Assembly (NCBI GenBank): GCA_021848325.1
Contig: JAJZUU010000007.1
Location: forward strand, 2,341 to 66,340
DNA from: Pseudomonadota bacterium
Lineage (GTDB): Bacteria > Pseudomonadota > Gammaproteobacteria > Burkholderiales > JAJZUU01
Length of the DNA stretch: 64,000 bases
Reading direction: 5' to 3'
The position numbers and the translations under genes were made by a program. Every line of letters starts with the position of its first letter. Within the stretch, counting starts at the first letter, position 1. The notes below the pieces were generated by a model, which saw nothing but the letters and a program-made list of their open reading frames with translations, searched no databases and had not been told where the DNA came from. Below are positions 38,240-49,128 of this stretch, piece after piece.

Positions 38240-39418
38240 ATGTTGTTGTCCGGTATCATCGATCTGCCCTGGTGGGGCTACGCCGTCGTCGCCCTGGTCC
38301 TGACCCACATCACCATCGCCGGCGTCACCATTTTTCTGCACCGCCACCAGGCGCACCGCGCCCTGGACCTGCATCCCATCCCCAGCCATTTCTTCCGCTT
38401 TTGGCTGTGGCTCACCACCGGCATGGTGACCAGGGAATGGGCCGCCATCCACCGCAAGCATCACGCCAAGTGCGAAACCCCGGAAGACCCGCACAGCCCG
38501 CAGGTGCTCGGCATCAAGAAGGTGCTGGGGGAAGGGGCCGAGCTTTACCGCAAGGCATCCAAGAACGCCGAGACCATGAAAAAATACGGCCACGGCACGC
38601 CGGACGACTGGCTCGAGCGCAACCTCTACGCCAAGCACAGCGGTAAGGGCATCGCCCTGATGCTGGCCATCGATCTGGTCCTGTTCGGCCCGGCCGGGCT
38701 GACCATCTGGGCGGTACAGATGATCTGGATCCCGCTTTTCGCCGCCGGCATCATCAACGGCGTCGGCCACTACTGGGGCTACCGCAACTTCGCCTGCGAG
38801 GACGCCAGCACCAACATCGTGCCGTGGGGCATCGTCATCGGCGGCGAGGAACTGCACAACAACCACCATGCCTATGGCAGCTCCGCCAAGCTGTCCAGCA
38901 AATGGTACGAATTCGACATCGGCTGGCTGTACATCCGGATCATGGAGACCCTGGGCCTGGCGAAGGTCAAAAAGGTCGCCCCCAAGGTCCGCTTCAGCGA
39001 CGGCAAGGCCCTGTGCGACATCGATACCCTGCAGGCGGTGATCACCCACCGCTATGACGTGATGACCCGCTTCGCCCGCTCGGTCGGACGCATCTACAAG
39101 GCGGAGTTCCGCAAACTCCGGAGCCGTGCCCCGCTGTCCGGCGACGGCGCCCCTCTCAAGACCGTCAGGGGCTGGCTGCACCTGGATGCAAAGGCGCTGA
39201 AAGACCAGGACAGGGCCAAGCTCGACGAGCTGCTCGATATGAGCAAGGTCCTGCAAACCGTGTATACCATGCGCATGGAGCTGGCCGCCCTGTGGGAGCG
39301 CTCCAGCGCCTCCAAGGAACAATTACTGAGGCAGTTGGAGGACTGGTGTCACCGCGCCGAGGCGAGCGGCATCGTGGCATTGCAGGAATTCTCCGTGAAG
39401 TTGCGCCGCTACGCATAG
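38240..39418 (+). CDS. desA: Membrane acyl-CoA (delta-9-type) fatty-acid desaturase
   Basis: His boxes HRHQAH, HRKHH, HNNHH. Confidence 0.92.
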   Translation: MLLSGIIDLPWWGYAVVALVLTHITIAGVTIFLHRHQAHRALDLHPIPSHFFRFWLWLTTGMVTREWAAIHRKHHAKCETPEDPHSPQVLGIKKVLGEGAELYRKASKNAETMKKYGHGTPDDWLERNLYAKHSGKGIALMLAIDLVLFGPAGLTIWAVQMIWIPLFAAGIINGVGHYWGYRNFACEDASTNIVPWGIVIGGEELHNNHHAYGSSAKLSSKWYEFDIGWLYIRIMETLGLAKVKKVAPKVRFSDGKALCDIDTLQAVITHRYDVMTRFARSVGRIYKAEFRKLRSRAPLSGDGAPLKTVRGWLHLDAKALKDQDRAKLDELLDMSKVLQTVYTMRMELAALWERSSASKEQLLRQLEDWCHRAEASGIVALQEFSVKLRRYA

Positions 39419-39655
39419 GCTTCCGCGGCTTTTTTGGGGCAGGGGCATCGCAGGGGCGCGAACCCGGTCCCGCTTGGGATTCATTTCTACAAAACTATAA
39501 TTCGGGAGCGGGCCTTTGCCCGCAGGGAGCAGACCCGATGATAACGTTGGAGACCGGCACCGATTTCCGCCGTGCCGCCCGTACCGAGGCGGCGCAGGCC
39601 TTCGGCCCGTTTCACAAATTTTTCGTCCGCCATACGGCGCCCACCTCTATTGCCC

Positions 39656-40786
39656 ATGACGCACCCGGCACTTGAAGGGAAGAGCTTCCGCTGGCTGCTG
39701 GAATCCGCCACCGACCCGATGATCATCGCGGGCGGGGACGGCCGTATCCTGCTGGCCAACGCCGCGGTGGAGCAGCTTTTCGGCTACAGCGGCGACGAAC
39801 TGCTTGGGCTCCCGGTCGATACCCTCGTTCCCGAGCGCTTCCGCCAGGCGCACCAGGCGCAGCGCACGGAGTATTGCGGGCGCCCGCTGCAGCGCCCCAT
39901 CGGCCGTGGGCCGACGGTATACGGCGTGCGCAAGGACGGCACGGAGTTCCCCGCCGAAGTGAGCCTGAGCCCGCTTGAGACCGCGGACGGCCTGCTGGTG
40001 ATGGCCGCCATTCACGACATCAGCGAGCGCAGGCAGGCGGAGGAGCGGCAGGCGCGGCTGGTGAGCGAACTGGAAAGCGCCAACGAGGAGCTGAAGAGCT
40101 TCGCCTACGTGGTGTCTCACGATCTCAAGGCCCCGTTGCGCGCCATCGGCTCCCTGGCGGACTGGATCGCCACGGACTACGGCGACAAGTTCGACCAGGC
40201 GGGCAAGGAGCTGCTGCAACTGCTGACCAGCAGGGTGCGCCGCATGGACGGCCTGATCGACGGCATCCTGCAGTATTCCAGGGTGGGGCGGGTCAGGGAG
40301 ACCCGCGTCCCGGTGGACCTGGAGCAACTGGTCCACGACGTGATCGACCTGCTGGCGCCACCGCCTCATGTCCGCATCACGGTCGACACCCCTCTGCCCA
40401 CGGTGACCGCGGACCGGACGCGGATGCAGCAGGTGTTCCAGAACCTGCTCGGCAACGCCATCCGCTACCTGGACAAGCCCCAGGGGACCATCCGCGTCGG
40501 CTGCACCGCGCAGCCGGACGGCTGGCGCTTCAGCATTGCCGACAACGGCCCCGGCATCGAGCCGAGGCAGTTCGAAAAGATCTTCCAGTTGTTTCAAACC
40601 CTGGCCCCGCGGGACAAGGTGGAAAGCACCGGCGTCGGCCTGGCCCTGACCAAGAAGGTGGTCGAGCTGTACGGCGGGCACATCTGGGTGGAATCCGCGC
40701 CCGGCAAGGGCAGTACCTTCTTCTTTACCCTGCCCCGGGCCTGCGCCCCTACGGGCCCCACAACCAAAGGAAAACAATGCGAATAG
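39656..40786 (+). CDS. PAS sensor histidine kinase
   Basis: PAS (RKDGTEFPAEVSLS), H-box SHDLKAPL, NLLGNA, DNGPGI, GVGLA. Confidence 0.93.
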   Translation: MTHPALEGKSFRWLLESATDPMIIAGGDGRILLANAAVEQLFGYSGDELLGLPVDTLVPERFRQAHQAQRTEYCGRPLQRPIGRGPTVYGVRKDGTEFPAEVSLSPLETADGLLVMAAIHDISERRQAEERQARLVSELESANEELKSFAYVVSHDLKAPLRAIGSLADWIATDYGDKFDQAGKELLQLLTSRVRRMDGLIDGILQYSRVGRVRETRVPVDLEQLVHDVIDLLAPPPHVRITVDTPLPTVTADRTRMQQVFQNLLGNAIRYLDKPQGTIRVGCTAQPDGWRFSIADNGPGIEPRQFEKIFQLFQTLAPRDKVESTGVGLALTKKVVELYGGHIWVESAPGKGSTFFFTLPRACAPTGPTTKGKQCE

Positions 40787-41193
40787 CCAACAGGCCCATC
40801 CTCCTGGTGGAGGACGACCAGGTGGACGCCATGACCGTAAAACGCGCCCTGAAGGAACTCCACGTCACCAATCCCCTGGTGCACGAAGACAACGGCGAGG
40901 CCGCCCTGGCCCGCTTGCGCGATCCGGAAGGCCAGAAGCCGTGCATCATCCTGCTCGACCTCAACATGCCGGTGATGAGCGGTATCGAGCTCCTGCGGGT
41001 GGTGAAGGAAGACGAGCAGCTCAAGGGTATCCCGGTGGTGGTGCTCACCACCTCCGCCGAACAGGAGGACAAGGTGAGCAGCTTCAACCTGGGAGTGGCG
41101 GGCTACATGGCGAAACCGGTGGACTACCGGCAATTCGTGGAGGTCATGCGCTCCATCAACACCTACTGGACCATCAGCGAGATGCCCCAGTAG
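40777..41193 (+). CDS. Single-domain response regulator (Rcp1/CheY-like)
   Basis: LLVEDD, LLDLNMP, LTTS, KP; overlaps kinase. Confidence 0.95.
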   Translation: MRIANRPILLVEDDQVDAMTVKRALKELHVTNPLVHEDNGEAALARLRDPEGQKPCIILLDLNMPVMSGIELLRVVKEDEQLKGIPVVVLTTSAEQEDKVSSFNLGVAGYMAKPVDYRQFVEVMRSINTYWTISEMPQ

Positions 41194-41237
41194 GGGCCTG
41201 TTTCGAGAACCTGCCACCCCTTCTTCGGACCTTGTCT

Positions 41238-43856
41238 ATGGCAGCACCCCAGATTCGCATTCTTGTCGTCGAGGACGATAAAGTGGACCGGATGGCCTGC
41301 CGGCGGGCCCTAATGCAGGCGCCGGAGCAGTTTGTCCTGCTCGAGGCCGAAACCGGCGGGGAGGGCCTGCAGCTCGCCTGGTCGGAACGACCGGACTGCG
41401 TCCTGCTGGACCACCACCTGCCGGACATGGACGGCCTGGAGTTCCTGCGGGAGTTGTCCGAGGAGGGAGATAAAATGCCGGTTCCGGTGCTGATGCTGAC
41501 CGGGGCGGACAACGCGGCGATCGCGGTGGAGGCCATGCGCCGCGGCGCCCGCGACTACCTGGTCAAGGACATTGACCGGCGCTACCTGGAACTGCTGCCG
41601 GCGGTGATCCAGCGGGTGTTGCGCGAGCAACGGGCCCTGGCCGAGAGGGCGCAGGCCCAGGAACAACTGCGGCAGGCGGAGGCCAAGTACCGCACCCTGG
41701 TGGAGCAGATCCCCGCCATCACCTATATCGCTACGCCGGACCAACCCGGCACCCTGCTCTACGTCAGCCCCCAGGTGAGGGAACTGGGGTTTTCCCCGGA
41801 AGAATGGGCGAACGACCCGGAGCTCCGGGTCGGCCAAATCCACCCGGACGACCGGGTGCGGGTCGCCGAGGCGATGTTGCAACGGCAGTTGCAAGGCAGC
41901 CCGCTGTGTTGCGAATACCGCATTCTGGCCCGGGATGGGCGCACCTTCTGGTTTCGCGACCAGGCATCGGTGGTGGGCGACGAGGCGGGCCGCCCCCTGT
42001 TCCTGCAAGGCATCCTGGTGGACGTAAGCGACAACAAGCGGGTGGAGGAAGAGCTCAAGGCGCACCGCTACCGCCTGGAGGAACTGGTGGCCCGGCGCAC
42101 CGCCGCCCTCACCCGGGCCAACACGCAGTTGCGCCAGGACATCGTCGAGCGCCAGCGCATGGAGCAGGTGCTGTTCCAGGAGAAGGAGCGCGCCCAGGTC
42201 ACCCTGGAGGCCATCGGCGACGGGGTCATCACCACCGATGCCGAGGGCCGGGTCGAATATCTCAACCCGGTGGCCGAACAGATTACCGGCTGGCGCTGCG
42301 CCGAGGCCCGGGGCCAGCCCCTGGGGGAGGTCTTCCCCATCGTTCACGAAGAGACCCGGGAAGCGGCGGAAAACCCGGCCGCCCGCTGCCTGCGAGAGGG
42401 TCAGGGTAAGGGGCCGGCGCGGCACAACATCCTGCCGCGCCGCGACGGCACGGAGTTCGCGGTGACCGACTGCGCCTCTCCCATTCACGACCGGGACGGA
42501 AAGGTGACCGGCACCGTGGTGGTGTTCCACGACGTCACTCAGCAGCACCGGCTGACCCAGCAGTTGTCCTATCAGGCCACCCACGACGCCCTCACCGGCC
42601 TGGTCAACCGCCACGAATTCGAGCGGCGTTTGGGGCGGGTTCTGGATTCCGCGCGCACGGGCAATTCCGATCACGCCCTGTGTTTCCTGGACCTGGATCG
42701 CTTCAAGGTGGTCAACGACACCGGCGGGCATGCGGCGGGGGACGAACTGTTGCGCCAGATCAGCGCCCTGCTGCAGGAAAAGGTACGCCAGCGGGATACC
42801 CTGGCGCGCCTTGGAGGGGACGAGTTCTGCGCCCTGCTGGAGCGCTGTTCGCTGGAGCAGGCCTGGCGCATCGCCGAAGACCTGTTGCAGGCGATCCAGT
42901 CCTTCCGCTTCTCATGGGACGGGCACACCTTCAGTGTCGGCGCCAGCATCGGCATCGTCGCGGTGGACGGGAGCGCCGAAGGTCTCTCGGACATCCTGAG
43001 CGCCGCCGACGCCGCCTGCTACGCCGCCAAGAAATGCGGCCGCAACCGCATCCATGTGTATCAGGAGGACGACGGCGAAATCGCCCGCCGCCGCAGCGAA
43101 GGCCAGTGGGTGTCCCGCCTGACCCGCGCCATCGAGAACGACGCCCTGCGGCTCTACTGCCAACCCGTCACCGCGCTCGCCGCCGGCGGCAAGGGACACG
43201 GCTACTACGAAGTCCTGGTGCGCCTGCTGGCCCAGGACGGCGGGCTGGTGGCTCCGGCCGATTTCCTGCCGGCGGCCGAGCGCTATAACCTGATGCCGGC
43301 CATCGACCGCTGGGTGGTGCGCCACGTCATTTCCTGGCTCGGCCAGAGGCGTTCGGAGGGGGGCGCGGACGGCCCGGCCTACTTCATCAACCTCTCCGCC
43401 GCATCGCTGGCGGACCAGACCATGCCTGACCACATCGGCGCCCTGCTGCGGGAACACCGGGTCCATGCCGGCGCGCTGGGTTTCGAAGTCACCGAAAACA
43501 CGGCCATGGCCAACCTCCCCCAGGCGGCCCGTTTCATCCGGGAACTCAAACAACTGGGCTGCTGGTCCGCCCTGGACAACTTCGGCGGGGCCTTTTCTAC
43601 CATCCCCAACCTGAAAAGCCTGCCGGTGGATTTCATCAAGATCAGCGGCACCTTCGTCCGGGACATGCTGGCCGACGCCGTATCCCATGCAGTGGTAGAG
43701 GCCATCAACCAGGTGGCCCACGTGATGGTGATCCAGACCGTGGCCGAGTGCGCGGAAAGCGCGGCGATCGTGGAACGCTTGCGGGAGTTGGGCGTGGATC
43801 ACGCCCAGGGCTACGCCCTGTCCCGCCCCCGTCCGCTGGACGAGCCGGTCGGTTAG
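41238..43856 (+). CDS. REC-PAS-PAS-GGDEF-EAL hybrid
   Basis: REC (VEDD, LDHHLP), two PAS, RQRD I-site and RLGGDEF, degenerate EAL (EVL, DNFGGAFS, KISGTF). Confidence 0.92.
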   Translation: MAAPQIRILVVEDDKVDRMACRRALMQAPEQFVLLEAETGGEGLQLAWSERPDCVLLDHHLPDMDGLEFLRELSEEGDKMPVPVLMLTGADNAAIAVEAMRRGARDYLVKDIDRRYLELLPAVIQRVLREQRALAERAQAQEQLRQAEAKYRTLVEQIPAITYIATPDQPGTLLYVSPQVRELGFSPEEWANDPELRVGQIHPDDRVRVAEAMLQRQLQGSPLCCEYRILARDGRTFWFRDQASVVGDEAGRPLFLQGILVDVSDNKRVEEELKAHRYRLEELVARRTAALTRANTQLRQDIVERQRMEQVLFQEKERAQVTLEAIGDGVITTDAEGRVEYLNPVAEQITGWRCAEARGQPLGEVFPIVHEETREAAENPAARCLREGQGKGPARHNILPRRDGTEFAVTDCASPIHDRDGKVTGTVVVFHDVTQQHRLTQQLSYQATHDALTGLVNRHEFERRLGRVLDSARTGNSDHALCFLDLDRFKVVNDTGGHAAGDELLRQISALLQEKVRQRDTLARLGGDEFCALLERCSLEQAWRIAEDLLQAIQSFRFSWDGHTFSVGASIGIVAVDGSAEGLSDILSAADAACYAAKKCGRNRIHVYQEDDGEIARRRSEGQWVSRLTRAIENDALRLYCQPVTALAAGGKGHGYYEVLVRLLAQDGGLVAPADFLPAAERYNLMPAIDRWVVRHVISWLGQRRSEGGADGPAYFINLSAASLADQTMPDHIGALLREHRVHAGALGFEVTENTAMANLPQAARFIRELKQLGCWSALDNFGGAFSTIPNLKSLPVDFIKISGTFVRDMLADAVSHAVVEAINQVAHVMVIQTVAECAESAAIVERLRELGVDHAQGYALSRPRPLDEPVG

Positions 43857-43863
43857 TACGAAA

Positions 43864-43885
43864 AAAACCCGCCGCAGCGGGTTTT
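43864..43885. terminator. Bidirectional intrinsic terminator
   Basis: AAAACCCGC-CGCA-GCGGGTTTT between convergent genes. Confidence 0.8.
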
Positions 43886-43906
43886 AACTACTGCTTGCCT
43901 CGCTCG

Positions 43907-44062
43907 CTACTTGAGCTTGATTTCCTTGTATATCACGTGCTTGCGGGCGACGGGATCATATTTCCTGATCTCCATCTTTTCCGGCATGGTGCGTTTGTTC
44001 TTGGTGGTGGTATAGAAATGGCCCGTGCCCGCAGTGGACTCCAGCTTGATCTTGTCGCGCAT
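43907..44062 (-). CDS. rpmG: 50S ribosomal protein L33
   Basis: Hand translation [51 protein letters not shown]. Confidence 0.97.
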   Translation of the reverse strand: MRDKIKLESTAGTGHFYTTTKNKRTMPEKMEIRKYDPVARKHVIYKEIKLK

Positions 44063-44145
44063 TTTTCAGCTCCTGATGTGTTGGGTTCCGCCTCCGCCCC
44101 GGCGATGCAGCCAGGCCGGCGCTGCCGCGCATGGCAACTGTTCGG

Positions 44146-44382
44146 TTATACCGTCTCTCCGCGGGCGCGCATCTCGGCCAGCACCTCGTCGATGCCTTTC
44201 TTGTCGATGGTGCGCAAACCGGCACTGCTGACGCGCATGCTCACCCAGCGGTTTTCGCTATCCACCCAGAACCTGCGCTGTTGCAAATTGGGCAGAAACC
44301 GGCGTTTGGTCTTGTTATTGGCGTGGGAAACATTATTCCCCGTCATCGGCGCCTTGCCGGTAACCTGACATACTCGGGCCAT
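44146..44382 (-). CDS. rpmB: 50S ribosomal protein L28
   Basis: [34 protein letters not shown]. Confidence 0.98.
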   Translation of the reverse strand: MARVCQVTGKAPMTGNNVSHANNKTKRRFLPNLQQRRFWVDSENRWVSMRVSSAGLRTIDKKGIDEVLAEMRARGETV

Positions 44383-44493
44383 GATGATGACTCCCCAAAG
44401 AAAAAACGAACATTATATTTTCTTCTGGAAAAACTCTCAAGGGCTATGGACCGGGAAATTGACCTGGGCACCTCTTTTTCAGTCGCCGCGCCC

Positions 44494-45168
44494 TCACAGC
44501 AGCCCGCGCTCGGCGAACGACAGCGAGGCGCCCCCCGCCACGATGAAGTGGTCCAGCACCCGCACCTCCACCAGGGCCAGCGCCTGCTTCAGCGCGAGGG
44601 TCAGCGCCTGGTCCGCCTGGCTCGGCTCGGCCACCCCGGAAGGATGGTTGTGGGCGAAGATCACGGCGGCGGCATTGTGATGCAGGGCGCGCTTAACGAC
44701 TTCCCTCGGGTACACCGATGTCTGGGTCAGGGAACCGCGGAACAGCTCCTCCACCGCGATCACCCGGTTCTGCGCGTCCAGAAAAACCCCGGCGAACACC
44801 TCCTGTTCCTTTCCCGCCAAGGCCAGGCGCAGATAGTCCCGCACCGATTGGGGCGAGGTCAGTGCGTCCCTATGCCGCATTTGCTCCTGCAAGGCGCGCC
44901 GGGCCATTTCCAGAACCGCCTGCAACTGCGCGTACTTGGCCGCGCCCATGCCGGGCGACTGGCAGAAGTCGCTCTGGCCGGCGGCGAACAGGCAGGTCAG
45001 GCTGCCGAACCGCCCCAGCAGTTCCCGGGCCACATCCACCGCGCTCTTGCCGACCACCCCGGTGCGCAGGAAGATCGCCAGCAATTCGGCATCGGACAGC
45101 GCCGCCGCCCCCCTGGCGAGCAGCTTCTCGCGGGGACGTTCGTCCTCCGGCCAATCGGTAATCGCCAT
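44494..45168 (-). CDS. radC: RadC/YicR JAB-domain protein
   Basis: [42 protein letters not shown]. Confidence 0.95.
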   Translation of the reverse strand: MAITDWPEDERPREKLLARGAAALSDAELLAIFLRTGVVGKSAVDVARELLGRFGSLTCLFAAGQSDFCQSPGMGAAKYAQLQAVLEMARRALQEQMRHRDALTSPQSVRDYLRLALAGKEQEVFAGVFLDAQNRVIAVEELFRGSLTQTSVYPREVVKRALHHNAAAVIFAHNHPSGVAEPSQADQALTLALKQALALVEVRVLDHFIVAGGASLSFAERGLL

Positions 45169-45296
45169 TCCCGGACCCTTCGCGTAAAATGACAATAGGT
45201 ATTAAAGCGCAAACAGAAAGACTGTGCAAAGCGATCTGGGCCGTTGCGCCCCACGTGGCCTTTCCTGCCCGGTAACCTGATGAGACGACACAGAAC

Positions 45297-46514
45297 ATGG
45301 ACGGCCTAGCCGACAAGCGCCTGCTGCTGGGCATCACCGGCGGGATCGCCGCGTACAAGGCGGCGGAGCTCGCGCGCCTGCTGGCGAAGCGCGGCGCCCA
45401 GGTAAGGGTGGTGATGACCCAGGCCGCCTGCCGCTTCATCGCCCCGGCCACCCTGCAGGCCTTGAGCGGCAAGCCGGTCCTGACCGACCTGTGGGACGAG
45501 CGCGCCGATGGCGGCATGGCCCATATCGAACTCACCCGCGAAGCGGACGCGGTGCTGATCGCCCCCGCCAGCGCCGATTTCATTTCCAAGCTGGCAACCG
45601 GCGCCGCGGACGACCTGCTGTCGGCGCTGTGCCTGGCCCGCGCCTGTCCCCTCCTGATCGCGCCGGCGATGAACCGGCAGATGTGGCACAACCCCGCCAC
45701 CCAGCGCAACGCCGCGCTACTGGTCCAGGACGGCATTATCCTGCTGGGCCCCGCCAGCGGCGAGCAGGCCTGCGGGGAGGAGGGCATGGGGCGCATGCTG
45801 GAGGCGGAGGCCCTGGCGGACGAACTGGAGGGCTTCTTTCAACCCAAGCCGTTGAGCGGCGCGCGGGTGCTGGTCACCGCAGGCCCCACCTTCGAGGCCA
45901 TCGACCCGGTGCGCGGCATCACCAACCCGAGTTCCGGGAAGATGGGTTACGCCGTGGCCCGGGCCGCGTGGGAGGCCGGCGCCGAGGTCACCCTGGTGAG
46001 CGGACCGACCTGCCTTGCCCCGCCCCCCCACGCCCGCCTGATCCGGGTAACCGGCGCCCGGGAGATGCTGGAGGCGGTCAACGGCGCCCTGGACGGCGCG
46101 GACATCTTCATCGGGGTGGCGGCGGTGGCCGACTACCACCCGCTCCATCCCAATGAGCAAAAGATCAAGAAGGGCGAGGGGACCCTGACCCTGGAGCTCG
46201 CCCCCAATCCGGACATCCTCGCCGCGGTGGCGGGCCGCCCGAACCCGCCCTTTTGCGTGGGATTCGCCGCGGAAAGCGAGAATCTGTACCAGTTCGCCGA
46301 GCTCAAGCGGCAGCGCAAGAAACTGCCGCTGCTGGCCGCCAACCGGGTGCAGGACGCGCTGGGCGGGAACGAGAGCGAACTGGTCCTGTTCGACGATGCG
46401 GGCGCGCACCCCCTGCCGCGGGCGGCGAAGATCGTGCTGGCGCGGCAACTGATCCGGCACTTGGCCGGACTGTACCGCCCCGATCCGGCTGCGGGCCGCG
46501 GCACACCCGATTGA
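45297..46514 (+). CDS. coaBC: Bifunctional PPC decarboxylase/PPC synthetase
   Basis: GITGGIAAYK, APAMN, ACGEEGMGRM, TAGPT.EAIDPVR.ITN.SSGKMG, VGFAAES. Confidence 0.96.
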   Translation: MDGLADKRLLLGITGGIAAYKAAELARLLAKRGAQVRVVMTQAACRFIAPATLQALSGKPVLTDLWDERADGGMAHIELTREADAVLIAPASADFISKLATGAADDLLSALCLARACPLLIAPAMNRQMWHNPATQRNAALLVQDGIILLGPASGEQACGEEGMGRMLEAEALADELEGFFQPKPLSGARVLVTAGPTFEAIDPVRGITNPSSGKMGYAVARAAWEAGAEVTLVSGPTCLAPPPHARLIRVTGAREMLEAVNGALDGADIFIGVAAVADYHPLHPNEQKIKKGEGTLTLELAPNPDILAAVAGRPNPPFCVGFAAESENLYQFAELKRQRKKLPLLAANRVQDALGGNESELVLFDDAGAHPLPRAAKIVLARQLIRHLAGLYRPDPAAGRGTPD

Positions 46515-46535
46515 GGCAACGAGAGGAAAAGGGCA

Positions 46536-46985
46536 ATGACGAAAGTGGACATCAAGATTCTGGACGACCGGCTCAAGGGCCACCTGCCCGGTTACGCAAC
46601 CCCGGGCGCGGCCGGCATGGACCTGCGCGCCTGCATTGAGCACGTGCTCACCTTGCACCCCGGCGACACCGAACTCATCCCCACCGGGATCGCCATCCAC
46701 CTGGACACGGCCTCCTTGGCGGCCCTGGTATTGCCGCGCTCGGGCCTCGGGCACAAGCACGGTATCGTGCTGGGCAACCTGGTGGGGCTGATCGACTCCG
46801 ACTACCAGGGGCAGATCTTCGTCTCCTGCTGGAACCGCAGCAAGACGCCGTTCATCCTCAACCCCCTGGAGCGTATCGCGCAACTGGTGGTGGTGCCGGT
46901 GGTGAGGGTCGAATTCAACGTGGTAGAGGATTTCACCGCCAGCACGCGCGGCGCGGGCGGATTCGGCAGCACAGGCAAGCACTGA
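46536..46985 (+). CDS. dut: dUTPase
   Basis: [37 protein letters not shown]. Confidence 0.98.
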   Translation: MTKVDIKILDDRLKGHLPGYATPGAAGMDLRACIEHVLTLHPGDTELIPTGIAIHLDTASLAALVLPRSGLGHKHGIVLGNLVGLIDSDYQGQIFVSCWNRSKTPFILNPLERIAQLVVVPVVRVEFNVVEDFTASTRGAGGFGSTGKH

Positions 46986-47353
46986 CTGTCGGCAAAACTT
47001 ACACTTCGTACCGCGCGCCCCTGTTCTTCCCGGTATTGCAATTATAAAACAGCATATTGCCTCGTTCGGCCCAAAATATGCTTGGGATTGGCAATAGCCC
47101 CGCCAATCGGGCTGATTGTGCCGCCAAAAGCCGCTGCAGGTGCAATTCATGCGCAGGATTAATGAGATAGCAACACACTTGCGGACAAAGATATGTTAAT
47201 TTCTTTTTATAAAACGATATAATGGGTCGTCAAGGACCCGGCTAGCGCCAAGGAGGGGGTCAGATGCTTCTCATTACCGGTTCAGGGCGCGCCTGGATGG
47301 CCGCTAACAAATAAAATATCCCGGAACTTCTGGACAGCATCATACCGAGCAAA

Positions 47354-48826
47354 ATGAAACTGTCGCTCGCGCGCTTATGTTTTGTTGCCTTCCTCACGCT
47401 GGAACTGGCGCTCAGCCTGACCATCTTTTTCCTGTACCAGTCGGAGAAGGACCTGGCAAGCCAGCCTTATCCCGCCGGGGGAGAGCAGACCAAGCGCGTG
47501 CTCGCCGGCGAAATCGTGGGACTAACCGGCAGGATGCGCGCCGTAGCGGAACTGATCGCGAAACACCCCCAAACCATCGCCAGCCTGGCGAGCGGCTCCG
47601 AGCAGGAGCGCCTGGCCCAGTTGTCCAACATCGAGGCGCTGTACCCGGACGTCGCCATCCGCCTGCTGCCGGCCGACACCGGTGCGGCGGCCGGCCTGTA
47701 TGCGGCACCCCTGTCAGCGGTGCATGCGCAGCTGCCGCCGAACGGGAACGGGGGCGTTGCGGCAAAAGATGCGCATGGCACGTCTGAGGGCGTACTGACC
47801 ATCGTGCAACCGGTGACCGACCCCCGGACCAAGACATTGCTGGGCTTCGTGGTGGTCGACAAGGGGCTGAGCGAGTTGCGGACACTGTTCGGCAGGCTGG
47901 TCGGGAGGGGCAATTACGTCGAACTGCAGCAGTTCAACGTCAACGGCCCCTACGACGTGCTGCTGCATCGCGGTGACGCGTCCCTCAAGACCAACTCCCT
48001 CAAGGAACTGTTCGATCTGCCCGGGACCACTTGGCGGCTTGTGGTCTGGCCCCGGCCCAGTTGGGTGCAGCAGGCGGGCGACCCCTACCAGATACACGTG
48101 GGCGCATGGCTGTTCGCCACCGTCTGGCTGATTGTTGCCATGGGTGGACTACACTTCGCCTTGCGCAAGACACTGCTGAGCGACGTGGACAGCGTGCTCG
48201 CGTTCTTCTCCGACATTCGCCATTTCCGCTTGCGCAAGTCTTACCCCATCCGGCTCAAGGACCTCCAGGAAAGTTTCGAGCTCATGTACGGGCTGGGCAA
48301 ACTCATGGTGGGCAAGCAGAAACAAGTGGCGGACTACGCCAGCATCGACCACCTGTCCCAGGTCAACAACCGTCGCAGCTTTGAAGCCAAACAGCGGGAG
48401 CTCTACAAGACCCTGGCGGACGGCTGGGTGCACAGCCTGTTGATCCTGGATATCGACAACTTCAAACAGGTGAACGACACCTACGGACACGACGCGGGGG
48501 ATACCCTGATCGTCCAGTTCGGCAAGGTGCTCAAGGAAAATCTCCGTGCCAGCGACTTTGTCGCCCGCCTCGGCGGCGACGAGTTCTGCGTGATCTTCCC
48601 CAACACGCCCCTCAAGAAAGCGGGTGAATTGGCCGCCCGGCTGCGGCAAAGCATGCCCGCGGAAGTGCCGCTCGCCCCGGGAGTCCTGCACAAGCTGAGC
48701 TGGAGCGGCGGCTTGAGCGAATACAAGCGCGAAGATGCCAGCGAGAACATGGCACTGTCCCGTGCGGATGGCGCACTGCTCGAGGCAAAGCGGGCGGGGC
48801 GCAACCAGACCAGGGTGGCCGCCTAA
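47354..48826 (+). CDS. Membrane diguanylate cyclase with periplasmic sensor domain
   Basis: Two TMs flanking a periplasmic region; DHLSQVNNRR, DIDNFKQVNDTYGHDAGD, RASD I-site, RLGGDEF. Confidence 0.9.
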   Translation: MKLSLARLCFVAFLTLELALSLTIFFLYQSEKDLASQPYPAGGEQTKRVLAGEIVGLTGRMRAVAELIAKHPQTIASLASGSEQERLAQLSNIEALYPDVAIRLLPADTGAAAGLYAAPLSAVHAQLPPNGNGGVAAKDAHGTSEGVLTIVQPVTDPRTKTLLGFVVVDKGLSELRTLFGRLVGRGNYVELQQFNVNGPYDVLLHRGDASLKTNSLKELFDLPGTTWRLVVWPRPSWVQQAGDPYQIHVGAWLFATVWLIVAMGGLHFALRKTLLSDVDSVLAFFSDIRHFRLRKSYPIRLKDLQESFELMYGLGKLMVGKQKQVADYASIDHLSQVNNRRSFEAKQRELYKTLADGWVHSLLILDIDNFKQVNDTYGHDAGDTLIVQFGKVLKENLRASDFVARLGGDEFCVIFPNTPLKKAGELAARLRQSMPAEVPLAPGVLHKLSWSGGLSEYKREDASENMALSRADGALLEAKRAGRNQTRVAA

Positions 48827-49027
48827 CCCGGATATCTCACCGGACCGGCCCGGCGGGATGTCTGGCTAACGGGGTCATGATTGCGCCACCCCGGCTTGCC
48901 GCCGACGGCCGCGTCCATAGGGCACGGCTTCTATTCCTCAATACGCAAAACCGCCGCGCCCACCGATATGGCGTTAGAATGGCCGGGGGCCTCTCGGGCT
49001 CCTAATTCACGACACCGTGCAACATTA

Positions 49028-49110
49028 TTAGGCGTCGAGAAACAATAACTTGGACATTTGTTGCGGATTCGCCGCAACAAATGTCCAAGTTATTATTTCT
49101 CTACGCCTTA
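49028..49110. mobile_element. Palindromic miniature element with TTA flanks
   Basis: 37-nt arms 49030-49066 and 49072-49108 (2 mismatches), loop ATTCG; same terminal sequence as 30154-30213. Confidence 0.8.
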
Positions 49111-49128
49111 ACGCAAGGAGGGGTCCCC

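Noticed and set aside
39000-39418. Transposase-like helical tail on the desaturase
   Set aside because: From memory a common C-terminal extension of proteobacterial DesA; no IS ends or DDE motif
44494-45168. radC as marker of a mobile or anti-restriction island
   Set aside because: Full-length chromosomal type in the canonical coaBC/radC-rpmB-rpmG context
45200-45280. GCAAACAG-AAAGA-CTGTGCAAAGC riboswitch-like string before coaBC
   Set aside because: Only 3-4 bp of stem; better explained as the divergent radC/coaBC promoter region
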